43,501 bases of DNA, taken from the IMG/VR virus record IMGVR_UViG_3300021399_000121, positions 1 through 43,501 of that record; one strand, given 5' to 3'. Source of the DNA: a virus (Duplodnaviria; Heunggongvirae; Uroviricota; Caudoviricetes). This document shows positions 1-8,431 of the stretch, piece after piece (position 1 is the first letter of the stretch; each line of letters starts with the position of its first letter). Under the pieces are notes generated by a model. That model worked only from the letters and a program-made list of their open reading frames with translations. It was not told the origin of the DNA and did not search any database. The translations under genes and the position numbers were made by a program.

Positions 1-88
1 CATCTTGTTCTAATAAAGATGGATTGAGCATTGTACATCCTATTACTTGAATAATAGATGCAGAATCATAATACTTACTTATGTCAAT
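1..88 (-). CDS. Partial gene running off the left edge: probable N-terminus of a phage replicative (DnaB-like) helicase
   Basis: Open frame IDISKYYDSASIIQVIGCTMLNPSLLEQD follows the SD AAGGAGG (90-96). It resembles, from memory, helicase N-termini of large Firmicutes phages and sits next to replication genes. No in-frame ATG/GTG/TTG near the SD; candidate starts are ATT (88) or ATA (82). Confidence 0.4.
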   Translation of the reverse strand, partial: MDISKYYDSASIIQVIGCTMLNPSLLEQD

Positions 89-94
89 CCCTCC

Positions 95-589
95 TTAATG
101 AATATCAAATAATTTTACTCTTTTAGGCTTTTCTATCGGAGTTGGACTAATATAAAATACATCAGTGCCTAAATCTAAAGATCCTTTTAAAAGCTCTGCT
201 TGTTGTTGCTCTAATCTCCATTTATTTTGATAATATCTCATTGCATTATCATATACATAACCAACGATTCTAATGCTCCCATGAGATTTACTAACATCAC
301 CATCACTTACATCATACCAATAAACTAAAGTACGATAAATTCCAGTCATTGAACGACCATCTTCAATTAATTCTTTTATTTGTTGATCAATTCTTCGTTT
401 ACTATAACTTGTTCCATATTTATTTTTACAGTATTCGTGAATTTTATTATAATATTCTTCATTTTCCATCTTTTGATCATAACATTTTTTATGATAATAT
501 CTATTACCAATATGCACAAAATCAGGATATTCTTCACGAGAAAAAATTTCTTCACAATATGGACATTTTACATTTGGAAGTTTTGCCAT
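95..589 (-). CDS. Zinc-finger (CPYC...H..C) hypothetical protein, probably replisome-associated
   Basis: 164-aa ORF with an SD (AGGAGA), its own consensus promoter, an N-terminal CxxC...HxxC and a TAA stop. Lies between the ATPase and the putative helicase. Confidence 0.7.
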   Translation of the reverse strand: MAKLPNVKCPYCEEIFSREEYPDFVHIGNRYYHKKCYDQKMENEEYYNKIHEYCKNKYGTSYSKRRIDQQIKELIEDGRSMTGIYRTLVYWYDVSDGDVSKSHGSIRIVGYVYDNAMRYYQNKWRLEQQQAELLKGSLDLGTDVFYISPTPIEKPKRVKLFDIH

Positions 590-619
590 AATATTCTCCT
601 AAAGATTATTCATAATAAT

Positions 620-648
620 ATTATAGCATAAAAAATAACGGCTGTCAA
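620..648 (-). promoter_or_regulatory. Consensus sigma70/sigmaA promoter, TTGACA-17-TATAAT with extended -10 TG
   Basis: Minus strand reads TTGACA (648-643) gccgttattttttatgc TATAAT (625-620). Confidence 0.9.
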
Positions 649-670
649 GAATTACCTTGACAACCGTTAT
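630..670 (-). terminator. Intrinsic terminator after the ATPase gene
   Basis: 15-bp inverted repeat (635-649 / 656-670) with one G-U pair on the minus strand and a 6-nt loop, followed by a T6 tract. Confidence 0.8.
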
Positions 671-678
671 AAAGAAGA

Positions 679-1686
679 TTATAAACCGAGCCCAACTTGT
701 TCAGTTAACTCGTTTACAATTAATTCAAGCTGTTCAGCTTGTTTAGGTGTAGCATCAGAAACTTTCTTTCCTTTGCCAAGATATTTATCAGTAATTTCAA
801 CAATACGTGGTGCCCAATCAGTACCAAATGCATCACCAGTTGCATTTTGAATTTTTTCAACCAATGTATTAAATTGATTCATTAATTCATTAAAATCTAG
901 AATTTGCGGCACTGATTCAACCTTTACTGGAGCATCTGTAACAAACTTGTTATCATATTCTGCAGCTTGTTTATCGATAGCATCACCGATAGCATTTACG
1001 AGATTGTCATAATTAAATTCAATACTATCTGGCGTATATTTAAAACGAGAACCAGCTACAAATCGAGGTGTTTGCCGCATAAATCCAACAGTATGAATAG
1101 TTCCATCTTCCTCTTGGATTGGATGCGCATAAATAATTAAGTCGCTCATGCGGTCTACGATTAGACGAGGACGATTTCCAAGAGTGGGACAAATTTGATT
1201 ATATTCTTTACCATTTTCATCTGTGAATACTTTATCTTGACTATGGCTAATCATAACAAGACCATAACCAATTTGTGGAATTAAACGAAGAGCTTCATCA
1301 AATTCCTTTGATACCATATTATAGCCTTTTCCATAGGCAAGATCAGCGATATTTTCTACACCTTCACGATTACAAATATACTTTTCACAAAGATCATAAG
1401 CAATGTCTACAGTATCTACAATAATATTATCATAGGTTGCGTGACCTTCATCAGTTTTAAGCTGTTTAAGAACACTTTTAAACTCTGCCCATGAATTAAT
1501 TGGAAGAGCCATAATTCCTGGAATGGTAAGATAACCAGCTTCAAAGCCGAGAAGAAGAGCTTTAGAGAACTTTGAGGCTATAGTTGTCTTACCAGTTTTA
1601 GGAGCACCGTATAGAAGTATAGTATAGCCCTTTAGATCTCTTGATACTACGTGCGGTTTAACCGCAAAAATATCAACACTAGCCAT
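679..1686 (-). CDS. Sak4-like / AAA_24-type P-loop ATPase (phage recombination, single-strand annealing)
   Basis: Walker A LLYGAPKTGKTT, Walker B IIVDTVD and a VMISHS motif. 335 aa, directly downstream of the SSB-like gene, the usual Sak4/SSB pairing. Confidence 0.8.
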   Translation of the reverse strand: MASVDIFAVKPHVVSRDLKGYTILLYGAPKTGKTTIASKFSKALLLGFEAGYLTIPGIMALPINSWAEFKSVLKQLKTDEGHATYDNIIVDTVDIAYDLCEKYICNREGVENIADLAYGKGYNMVSKEFDEALRLIPQIGYGLVMISHSQDKVFTDENGKEYNQICPTLGNRPRLIVDRMSDLIIYAHPIQEEDGTIHTVGFMRQTPRFVAGSRFKYTPDSIEFNYDNLVNAIGDAIDKQAAEYDNKFVTDAPVKVESVPQILDFNELMNQFNTLVEKIQNATGDAFGTDWAPRIVEITDKYLGKGKKVSDATPKQAEQLELIVNELTEQVGLGL

Positions 1687-1700
1687 ATACTACCTCCTAA

Positions 1701-2645
1701 TTAAAATTTAAAATTCTTTGCGGCTGTTGGTGATGCAGACTTCACGGTAGTCGCTCCACTAAAAGGAGGATCATCATTAAAAGCATTGTTTGCATTATCT
1801 CTAGATTTTTGATACTCGTCATGATTTGCACGAACTTCTGCGAGATGCTGTTCACGATCTGCCTTACCCTTTGTTACATCTTCTGCAGTCATTATAGATT
1901 CATCACCAAATTCCATTGGATCAACAGATGCACCCTCAATATCCCAAGCACGAAGAGTGCGAGTTGTGATATTTACAGTCGGAGCGCCAAAAGCATTCTC
2001 TGTTTCAGTACGATTTTCAATTGTTGTGCAAACAATATTGCCCCAAACCTTAGTTAGCATTGGTTCACTGATACTAATATCTGCTTTTTCAAAATAACTC
2101 ATACCACCAGCTGTACGAATTGTATATTCTACTGGAAGGAAATCATTTCTGAAATTGAAAACATAACCACGGATGCGACCATAATTATCACCGTTTTCAA
2201 CTTCAACTTCTTGATAACCCTCAATAAGCATATCTGTCTTAAACGTTGCACAACCTACTGTTGCAATATCACCAGTTTCAGGATGAGCAAAACTACCACG
2301 GACACGTTTCGGAGAAGCCATTTCACCTTCACGAGTTACGAAGTCATTACATTCAACATCACCATCAATACGAATTTTTGTCGCTGAAGCTCCATTCATT
2401 TCATAAGTATTATTTTCATTAATAATTTGCTCTAAGAATGAATAAGTCGCATTTGGCTTGCCATTCTTAAAAGTTGGAACTACATACATGAAATTTACTG
2501 GAACGACATTAACGGCATCTACATCTGTAGCAACATTGATAGAACCACCGATATATTCTACACCTTTTCTTGAAACTTTCTTTGCTAGAGTGTGATTAAA
2601 TACCCAACCACGAACATTAACAGAGTTCTCAAAATTATTTTTCAT
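1701..2645 (-). CDS. Putative phage single-stranded DNA-binding protein
   Basis: 314 aa, beta-rich with two similar halves and a low-complexity C-terminal tail ending NFKF. Adjacent to the Sak4-like ATPase. Function inferred from context. Confidence 0.55.
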   Translation of the reverse strand: MKNNFENSVNVRGWVFNHTLAKKVSRKGVEYIGGSINVATDVDAVNVVPVNFMYVVPTFKNGKPNATYSFLEQIINENNTYEMNGASATKIRIDGDVECNDFVTREGEMASPKRVRGSFAHPETGDIATVGCATFKTDMLIEGYQEVEVENGDNYGRIRGYVFNFRNDFLPVEYTIRTAGGMSYFEKADISISEPMLTKVWGNIVCTTIENRTETENAFGAPTVNITTRTLRAWDIEGASVDPMEFGDESIMTAEDVTKGKADREQHLAEVRANHDEYQKSRDNANNAFNDDPPFSGATTVKSASPTAAKNFKF

Positions 2646-2682
2646 GTGTATTTACTCTCTTTCTATTTTTATTTACAATAAT

Positions 2683-2711
2683 ATTATAAAATATTTTATT
2701 ACAGCTGTCAA
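2683..2711 (-). promoter_or_regulatory. Consensus sigma70/sigmaA promoter, TTGACA-17-TATAAT
   Basis: Minus strand reads TTGACA (2711-2706) gctgtaataaaatattt TATAAT (2688-2683), upstream of the SSB-like gene. Confidence 0.9.
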
Positions 2712-2718
2712 TAAAAAT

Positions 2719-2907
2719 TTATTCCTCTTGCCATCCAATAGGATATCTATGTGCAGGAATACAAAAACTTATACCTGTACGACTGTCATCAACCTTAATA
2801 AATTCCGGCCAATCTTCGAGTGCTTTTTCAAATTCATTTTTATCAATATTTGTATCAATAATTAAAATAGGATTGTCTCCTCCATCATATACATAAATTT
2901 TAAGCAT
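2719..2907 (-). CDS. Hypothetical protein, 62 aa
   Basis: ATG at 2907 overlaps the stop of the ThyX-like gene and has an SD (AGGAGA). This start fits better than the track's start at 2931. Confidence 0.65.
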   Translation of the reverse strand: MLKIYVYDGGDNPILIIDTNIDKNEFEKALEDWPEFIKVDDSRTGISFCIPAHRYPIGWQEE

Positions 2908-3544
2908 TAAAATCTCCTGTAATAAACTCATTGTAAGGGAGTGTCTTTATCCAAGAGACAAATTCTTTAGACCATTGCGGCAAACGATGATTTTTACGTT
3001 GACGATACATTGTTGCAAGTACTTCATAATTAAGACAAATAGTTCGTTTTTGTAAAAATGATTCTGGTAGCATTGCCTTTAAAATCTGTTGATAATGCTC
3101 TTTATCTTGATCCGTTACTTCATTGGCACGATCTCGTACAGTTTTAATCACATCAATGTAGTCATTAAATGCAGCTTCAATATCCCAATCTGATCCATTA
3201 AAATTAGGCCACTCAAATTGAGATGCATTAAAATCTTCTTTAAGAATGGTATGCATTGTACTCTCTGAATTTGCAGAAGTTCCAATTTTATAAGTATCCC
3301 ATTCTGACCAGATATACCTTGGCGCAGTAATTTCAACCCAAACAATTACTTGCCGCATCCATTTACGATGTTCGGTTCCACCTTTCCAAAGACTTTTAGC
3401 CAATTTATAATCATTTGGACCTATAGTGACAGAACCTGTTATATTATTTTTAACTGTATCTGCTTTATCATATGATTTAAGAGGATTCCGCATACCTTTT
3501 AATGCAGAATCAAATCCTTGAACATCTAAAGTATTAAATTCCAT
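2900..3544 (-). CDS. ThyX/Thy1-like (FAD-dependent thymidylate synthase fold) phage protein
   Basis: Motifs HRKWMRQVIVWVEITAPRYIWSEWDTYKIGTSANSESTMH, LPESFLQKRTICLNYEVL and RKNHRLPQW correspond to the ThyX layout, but the RHR signature is diverged. Confidence 0.65.
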   Translation of the reverse strand: MEFNTLDVQGFDSALKGMRNPLKSYDKADTVKNNITGSVTIGPNDYKLAKSLWKGGTEHRKWMRQVIVWVEITAPRYIWSEWDTYKIGTSANSESTMHTILKEDFNASQFEWPNFNGSDWDIEAAFNDYIDVIKTVRDRANEVTDQDKEHYQQILKAMLPESFLQKRTICLNYEVLATMYRQRKNHRLPQWSKEFVSWIKTLPYNEFITGDFNA

Positions 3545-4485
3545 TAATTTACTCCAATGGTTTGATTGTAACCATAATCATTTGATTCATATAAATCAAT
3601 ATAAAATGCTTCTTTCTTATTTAACTCTTCTCTTGGACATTCCTCCAATAGTTCAAAAGTAAAGTTTTCAATACCATCTTGTTCCATTGCAGCATATAAT
3701 TTATTATTTTTAGGAGTATCTATACCGCATCCACATTTACAATGATCGCACCAACGTTTATAAATATCAACTGATTGACCAATATAACATTTATTGTCTA
3801 ATATATTAGTAATTTTATAAACGCCGCATTTAGTTCCATTACCAAGGATCATAATGAACTGTTGCTTTGCTAATGGCTGAAAGTATGTTTGCCATATTAA
3901 TTTGGATATGACTCTTGGGTGCGAAAACTGTAAACGAATATTCTGTAATAATTGAATATCTTTTTTATCTTGCGGTGTGATATTTAATTTATATCCATCA
4001 AGTTGATTTTTATCTTGTTGCTGTTTTCTCCATTGTTCAATCGCAGCATGACGAGTTTGTTTTAAAGATTCTAAATCAAATTCAATGATAGCTTTTTCAG
4101 CATCGCATGTTTCTTTAATATATGCTAACTTATCTTTATATTGTTGTGCGGCATTATTATAATCTTCTTGTAATTTAGTTTCATTATCTTTAGCTATTTG
4201 TTTAAGATTGTCAAGATGGTCTTTAGTTTTATCATATTGTTGATTTAAATCTTTAAGTATTTGATCAGTAAAATCAACTTTATGACGTATATCATTAAGA
4301 GTGGTTTTACCCTTATCAATATCGTTATTAATTCTATCTTTTTCATTTACTAAAGTCTCAACAGCACTTTGTAAACGCTCATATTCTTCTTTTTTCTTTG
4401 ATATAAGAGTTAAATATTTTTTACATATTAATGTAGTAATAACTATTATGATTATGGTTATACTATATAATATAATATACTCCAT
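3544..4485 (-). CDS. GIY-YIG endonuclease with N-terminal transmembrane helix and coiled coil
   Basis: Hydrophobic N-terminus (YIILYSITIIIIVITTLIC), about 130 aa of heptad-rich coil, then a C-terminal GVYKITNILDNKCYIGQS...RW...H...E...GYN GIY-YIG core. Confidence 0.8.
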   Translation of the reverse strand: MEYIILYSITIIIIVITTLICKKYLTLISKKKEEYERLQSAVETLVNEKDRINNDIDKGKTTLNDIRHKVDFTDQILKDLNQQYDKTKDHLDNLKQIAKDNETKLQEDYNNAAQQYKDKLAYIKETCDAEKAIIEFDLESLKQTRHAAIEQWRKQQQDKNQLDGYKLNITPQDKKDIQLLQNIRLQFSHPRVISKLIWQTYFQPLAKQQFIMILGNGTKCGVYKITNILDNKCYIGQSVDIYKRWCDHCKCGCGIDTPKNNKLYAAMEQDGIENFTFELLEECPREELNKKEAFYIDLYESNDYGYNQTIGVN

Positions 4486-4552
4486 AATAAAATGGAGGGC
4501 GCCTTATACAGACAACCCTCCTCTCCTTTTAACTCCGTGTATTATTTTTAAT

Positions 4553-4807
4553 TTACTCAGCTGGTTTTTCCATAGCAGGATCAACAGCTAGACCTTCAGG
4601 AGTTAGACGAATAACCTTCTTTTCAATACCCTCAACAACAACACGCTCAGTAATACCCTTCTTCTGTAGACCAGTTGCAGTACCATTGATTTGACGAGGA
4701 TGTAGACCTAGAGCATTTGCTATATCATCAGCGGTGTACTGACCATTAGGATCTGCCTGTAGAAAACGAATAACTGCCTGAGCGTTCTCACTAAAAAGCT
4801 GTGCCAT
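4553..4807 (-). CDS. Winged helix-turn-helix DNA-binding protein
   Basis: 84 aa: TADDIANALGLHPRQINGTATGLQKKGITERV followed by a wing (VIRLTPEG). Has its own promoter. Confidence 0.75.
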   Translation of the reverse strand: MAQLFSENAQAVIRFLQADPNGQYTADDIANALGLHPRQINGTATGLQKKGITERVVVEGIEKKVIRLTPEGLAVDPAMEKPAE

Positions 4808-4903
4808 AATAATAATCTCCTTTTCTTTCTTTAATACTTATTAATAAATATTATGACTTTATTTTTATATCAAAGAAATCCTTTTCTTTCCTTTGATACA
4901 TAT

Positions 4904-4933
4904 ATTATACTATATAATAACTACAATTGTCTA
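4904..4933 (-). promoter_or_regulatory. sigma70/sigmaA-type promoter, TAGACA-18-TATAAT
   Basis: Minus strand TAGACA (4933-4928) and TATAAT (4909-4904), upstream of the wHTH gene. Confidence 0.65.
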
Positions 4934-4962
4934 CAACTATTTTAAACAACAGTAAAAAATAT

Positions 4963-6030
4963 TTAACTAAAAATTTCATCAAGTAAACAATCATTCTCGT
5001 CTTTATCTGGCCGCATACACTCATATACAGGATGCCGCACAGTATAGTCTTTTTTATTAAGACTCATGCAAGAAATTTGAACTACTTTATCAATATAATT
5101 TTCAGGATGTGCGGCCATGTCTTCACGTAATTCATCAGTTAATCCTGATGCTACACGACCAACTTCAATAAGTTCGCCATCTTTATAAGCACCAAGTCGC
5201 ATCCCATTTTTCCAATTATAATAATAATGTTTAGTTACAGGAATTCCATCTTCCCAATAAGGCCAGATGTCTATTTCTTTACCAGTATATTCCCGCATAG
5301 GATCAAGTAATTCCATTACAATTAAATCAACTGAATCAACATGTTCTTTCATTTTAAAACATGTCATAGGACGTTTATCTGGTTCATAAATACTATCAAG
5401 ACGTTTAAAGACTGCTCCTTCACCACCAGCTGCAAATATCTCATTTAATTTTTCTTGAAACGATTTACAACCTATACCAATATTTATGTTTTCTCCAAGG
5501 GTATAGGTTGTAGCCATCTCAATATATTTTTCACCAATAAAGCAATCATAAAGCATATATTCAAGATAATGACCTACACGAGTCTCAAAAGTATTATCAC
5601 AAAGATTATTTCCTGCATACCAGATACAATCAAATATATAATAATGTACCCAATCAGATGCTTCTTGTCGTGCAATGGCATTTTTAGGTAAACAGCCCAT
5701 AATTGAAGTTACATCATTACTGTGGCCACCGGGGATATAAACTTCACCTAGAACGACCGTATCATCAGGAAGATGTTTACGTGCCCATTCTATGATATGC
5801 GGCACATTATCACTTTTTTCCGCAAGCTCTCCTGTTTTTTTACTTTTGGTACGAGAAAAAAGATAAATATGGTCATTATCAATTTTTTCTAGTTGATAAA
5901 AACATCCATCCATTTTTTGCTGCATACACCATTCGCCATTAGCCATTGCAGCATCTACTTTAGCATCACTAAGTTTATTATGATATCGCATAGCTGGAAT
6001 CTGGTGACTACCAGGATATAATTCACTCAT
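4963..6030 (-). CDS. ATP-dependent DNA ligase
   Basis: Motif I QQKMDG, motif III LGEVY, IIIa YYIFDCI, IV EGAVFK, V KMK, and a C-terminal OB domain (GRVASGLT...RHPVY..MRPDK). Confidence 0.93.
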   Translation of the reverse strand: MSELYPGSHQIPAMRYHNKLSDAKVDAAMANGEWCMQQKMDGCFYQLEKIDNDHIYLFSRTKSKKTGELAEKSDNVPHIIEWARKHLPDDTVVLGEVYIPGGHSNDVTSIMGCLPKNAIARQEASDWVHYYIFDCIWYAGNNLCDNTFETRVGHYLEYMLYDCFIGEKYIEMATTYTLGENINIGIGCKSFQEKLNEIFAAGGEGAVFKRLDSIYEPDKRPMTCFKMKEHVDSVDLIVMELLDPMREYTGKEIDIWPYWEDGIPVTKHYYYNWKNGMRLGAYKDGELIEVGRVASGLTDELREDMAAHPENYIDKVVQISCMSLNKKDYTVRHPVYECMRPDKDENDCLLDEIFS

Positions 6031-6080
6031 AATGTTCCTTCCTATAATAAAATAGAGTAAGGTTTTTACCTTACTTTATT

Positions 6081-6109
6081 ATTATATCATTATAAGGTAT
6101 ATATGTCAA
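6081..6109 (-). promoter_or_regulatory. Consensus sigma70/sigmaA promoter for the ligase, embedded in the last codons of the topoisomerase A gene
   Basis: TTGACA (6109-6104), 17-nt spacer ending TGa, TATAAT (6086-6081). A small hairpin AGTAAGGT/ACCTTACT lies at about 6056-6075. Confidence 0.85.
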
Positions 6110-8423
6110 GAACTATTTTAGACGATAATTTTTCACTCGTATCATTCTTAGTCGAGAATGGAATTGTAGATATTTTAATAGAAGAAACATTATTAGATGA
6201 ATGTACTAGGTAGAGTTCATCAGTTATTTTAACACTCATAGCACATAAAATAATATTATTTATTTTAATTTTTTGTCCTTTTCCGCCACGTCCTTGAGAC
6301 TGAAAAACCTTATTAGCGATTATTTTTCCATAGCCACCCTCTTCAAAAATAAAAATGGGATCTTCTTCATTACAAAGAATTGTACTAGCTACATAATCAG
6401 AGTCATTTAAAGTAATACCTTTAACGCCGCCAGCCGTTTTACCTTGTGCATTAATATCATCTGCTGCGAACCTAATACTATAACCATTACCAGTGACAAG
6501 AATAATATTATCTGTGTCATATCCAAGAGAAACAGATAGTAGCTCATCATCATCTTTAATACTTACAGCTTTGATGCCACGAAGATTCTGGGTGTTACTG
6601 ATATAATCTTTTAATTTAGTTTTCTTAACAATACCCTTTTTAGTTGTGAATAAAATAAAGTCTTGTTGCGCTGTATTAGGGACAATGTTTAAGACATATT
6701 CATCTGGTTCAAGTTGAACAATAGAACCTACAGCGGTTCCCTTATCATTCATGCCGCAAGTTTTAATTGTATTTAATTTAATACGGAACATACGGCCTGT
6801 GCTAGTAAATAACATTACCATATCTGCGGTTGTTGTTTTAAATAAATTTATAACCTGCTCTTTACCACGACGATATGATTTAACAGGGATAGATTTAATA
6901 TATCTATCTTTATTCATATAAACAACTACATCTTCAGGTATAGCTGCAACTTTTTCTTTTGTTGCCTTAGTAGTTTTTGCTGCAGCTCGTTCCGCGATAA
7001 CTGTCCTACGTTTATCACTAAATTTATTACTTACCTCTTGGAATCGTTTAACCATCTGTTCTTTAAGTAATTCTTCTGATTCAAGAATTGCTTTAATGAC
7101 AGAAATACGTTCCAGTAATTGAATTTTTTCTTCAATGAATTTATCGACTTCAAGCTTAGCTAATCGAGATAACTTCATATCAAGAATAGCTTTGGCTTGC
7201 TCTTCATTTATAATAAGCAACTTTTGTAAATTAATATTAGCTTCTTTGATGCTAGGAGATTGTTTAATAATCTTAATAACTTCATCAATCTGTGCAATTG
7301 CTTTAATAATTCCTTCAACAATCTTTAAACGATGCTCTAGTTTATTAAGTTCTTGCTGATATAGATTAATATAAACAATTTTTTCATGGTCAAGATGAGC
7401 TTGAAGAGCTTGCCGCCATCCATAAATTTTTGGGAAACGACCATCTTCAAGCATCGTCATATTAACACTATATGATTTTTGTAGTGATGTATTTGCATAT
7501 AATATTTGTTTAATTTTTTCTTGGTTTACAGCTTTATCAAGATAAATTTTAATACAAACATCTTCACCAGTTAAATCATTGATACCAGTAATTCCAATAT
7601 CAGGATTTTCAGATACTAATTTAGCTACCTCGCTGCAAATAGTATTCGTATATACACCATAGGGTAAATCAGTAACGATTAAAGTTTTTTCTTTATCGTC
7701 ATAGTTAATTGTTGCTTGTAATATGCAAGCTTTACCCTTACCTTGTTTAAGACTTGTAGCGACTTCCGTTTTATTAATTAAAGTTGCACCAGTTGCAAAA
7801 TCAGGATAACAAAGAATATCGTCATCAGATACGTTTTCATCTTGGAGAAGTTTAATTAAAGCGTTATTTACTTCACCAAGATTAAATTGTGGAATACTCG
7901 ACGCAAGACCAACTGCGATGCCAGTTGACCCATTTACAATATTATAATATCCAAGAGAAGAAAGAACTCGTGGATATTGTTCTGTATCATCATAATTATC
8001 TATCCATTCATTAATAGTATATTTATTAGTATCTTGTAATAAATAATTTGATATTGAAGATAATCTTGATGATGTATAACGACTTGCGGCCCAGTTACCT
8101 GTTTCAGTGAGTGTACCATATGAACCTTCAATTTCAATTAGAGGATAGCGCATGGCAAATGGCTGGCCTGATCGCATAATAATACCTTCACAAGACGCAT
8201 CACCATGAATATAGAAACGCATTGCAGACCCAATTGCTTTAAGAGTCTTTTTAAAAGGTTTATCAGATGTGAATTTATCTGTAAAAAGACTATAATACAC
8301 TTGTCTTGCAGATGGTTTAATGCAGTCTCGCACATCTACGAGTGCACGAGATTGAATAACTGCGCCTGCGTATTGAGTAAAAGATTCTTTAATTACATCT
8401 TCTAATTCTAATACTTCATTCAT
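6090..8423 (-). CDS. gyrA: Type IIA DNA topoisomerase subunit A (GyrA/ParC family) with beta-pinwheel C-terminal domain
   Basis: DCIKPSARQ, YIHGD, catalytic AASRY, NGSTGIAVGLAS, PDFATG, ILDMKLSRL and repeated CTD blades (GRMF, GIVKK, GYSIRF, GGVKG). Gyrase versus topo IV identity is not resolved. Confidence 0.93.
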   Translation of the reverse strand: MNEVLELEDVIKESFTQYAGAVIQSRALVDVRDCIKPSARQVYYSLFTDKFTSDKPFKKTLKAIGSAMRFYIHGDASCEGIIMRSGQPFAMRYPLIEIEGSYGTLTETGNWAASRYTSSRLSSISNYLLQDTNKYTINEWIDNYDDTEQYPRVLSSLGYYNIVNGSTGIAVGLASSIPQFNLGEVNNALIKLLQDENVSDDDILCYPDFATGATLINKTEVATSLKQGKGKACILQATINYDDKEKTLIVTDLPYGVYTNTICSEVAKLVSENPDIGITGINDLTGEDVCIKIYLDKAVNQEKIKQILYANTSLQKSYSVNMTMLEDGRFPKIYGWRQALQAHLDHEKIVYINLYQQELNKLEHRLKIVEGIIKAIAQIDEVIKIIKQSPSIKEANINLQKLLIINEEQAKAILDMKLSRLAKLEVDKFIEEKIQLLERISVIKAILESEELLKEQMVKRFQEVSNKFSDKRRTVIAERAAAKTTKATKEKVAAIPEDVVVYMNKDRYIKSIPVKSYRRGKEQVINLFKTTTADMVMLFTSTGRMFRIKLNTIKTCGMNDKGTAVGSIVQLEPDEYVLNIVPNTAQQDFILFTTKKGIVKKTKLKDYISNTQNLRGIKAVSIKDDDELLSVSLGYDTDNIILVTGNGYSIRFAADDINAQGKTAGGVKGITLNDSDYVASTILCNEEDPIFIFEEGGYGKIIANKVFQSQGRGGKGQKIKINNIILCAMSVKITDELYLVHSSNNVSSIKISTIPFSTKNDTSEKLSSKIVLDIYTL

Positions 8424-8431
8424 ATTTTCTC

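Noticed and set aside
3544-4485. GIY-YIG gene as an intron-encoded homing endonuclease
   Set aside because: The neighbouring genes are intact and stop/start-coupled with it, and there is no room for group I intron structure. The TM plus coiled-coil N-terminus is atypical of homing enzymes.
349-8405. Plus-strand track ORFs 349-591, 380-631, 1809-2057, 2644-2865, 4301-4591, 5455-5691, 7135-7359, 8205-8405, and alternate-frame minus ORFs 3148-3345 and 8138-8335
   Set aside because: Shadows of well-supported genes, with no SD and low-complexity F/I/L-rich translations.
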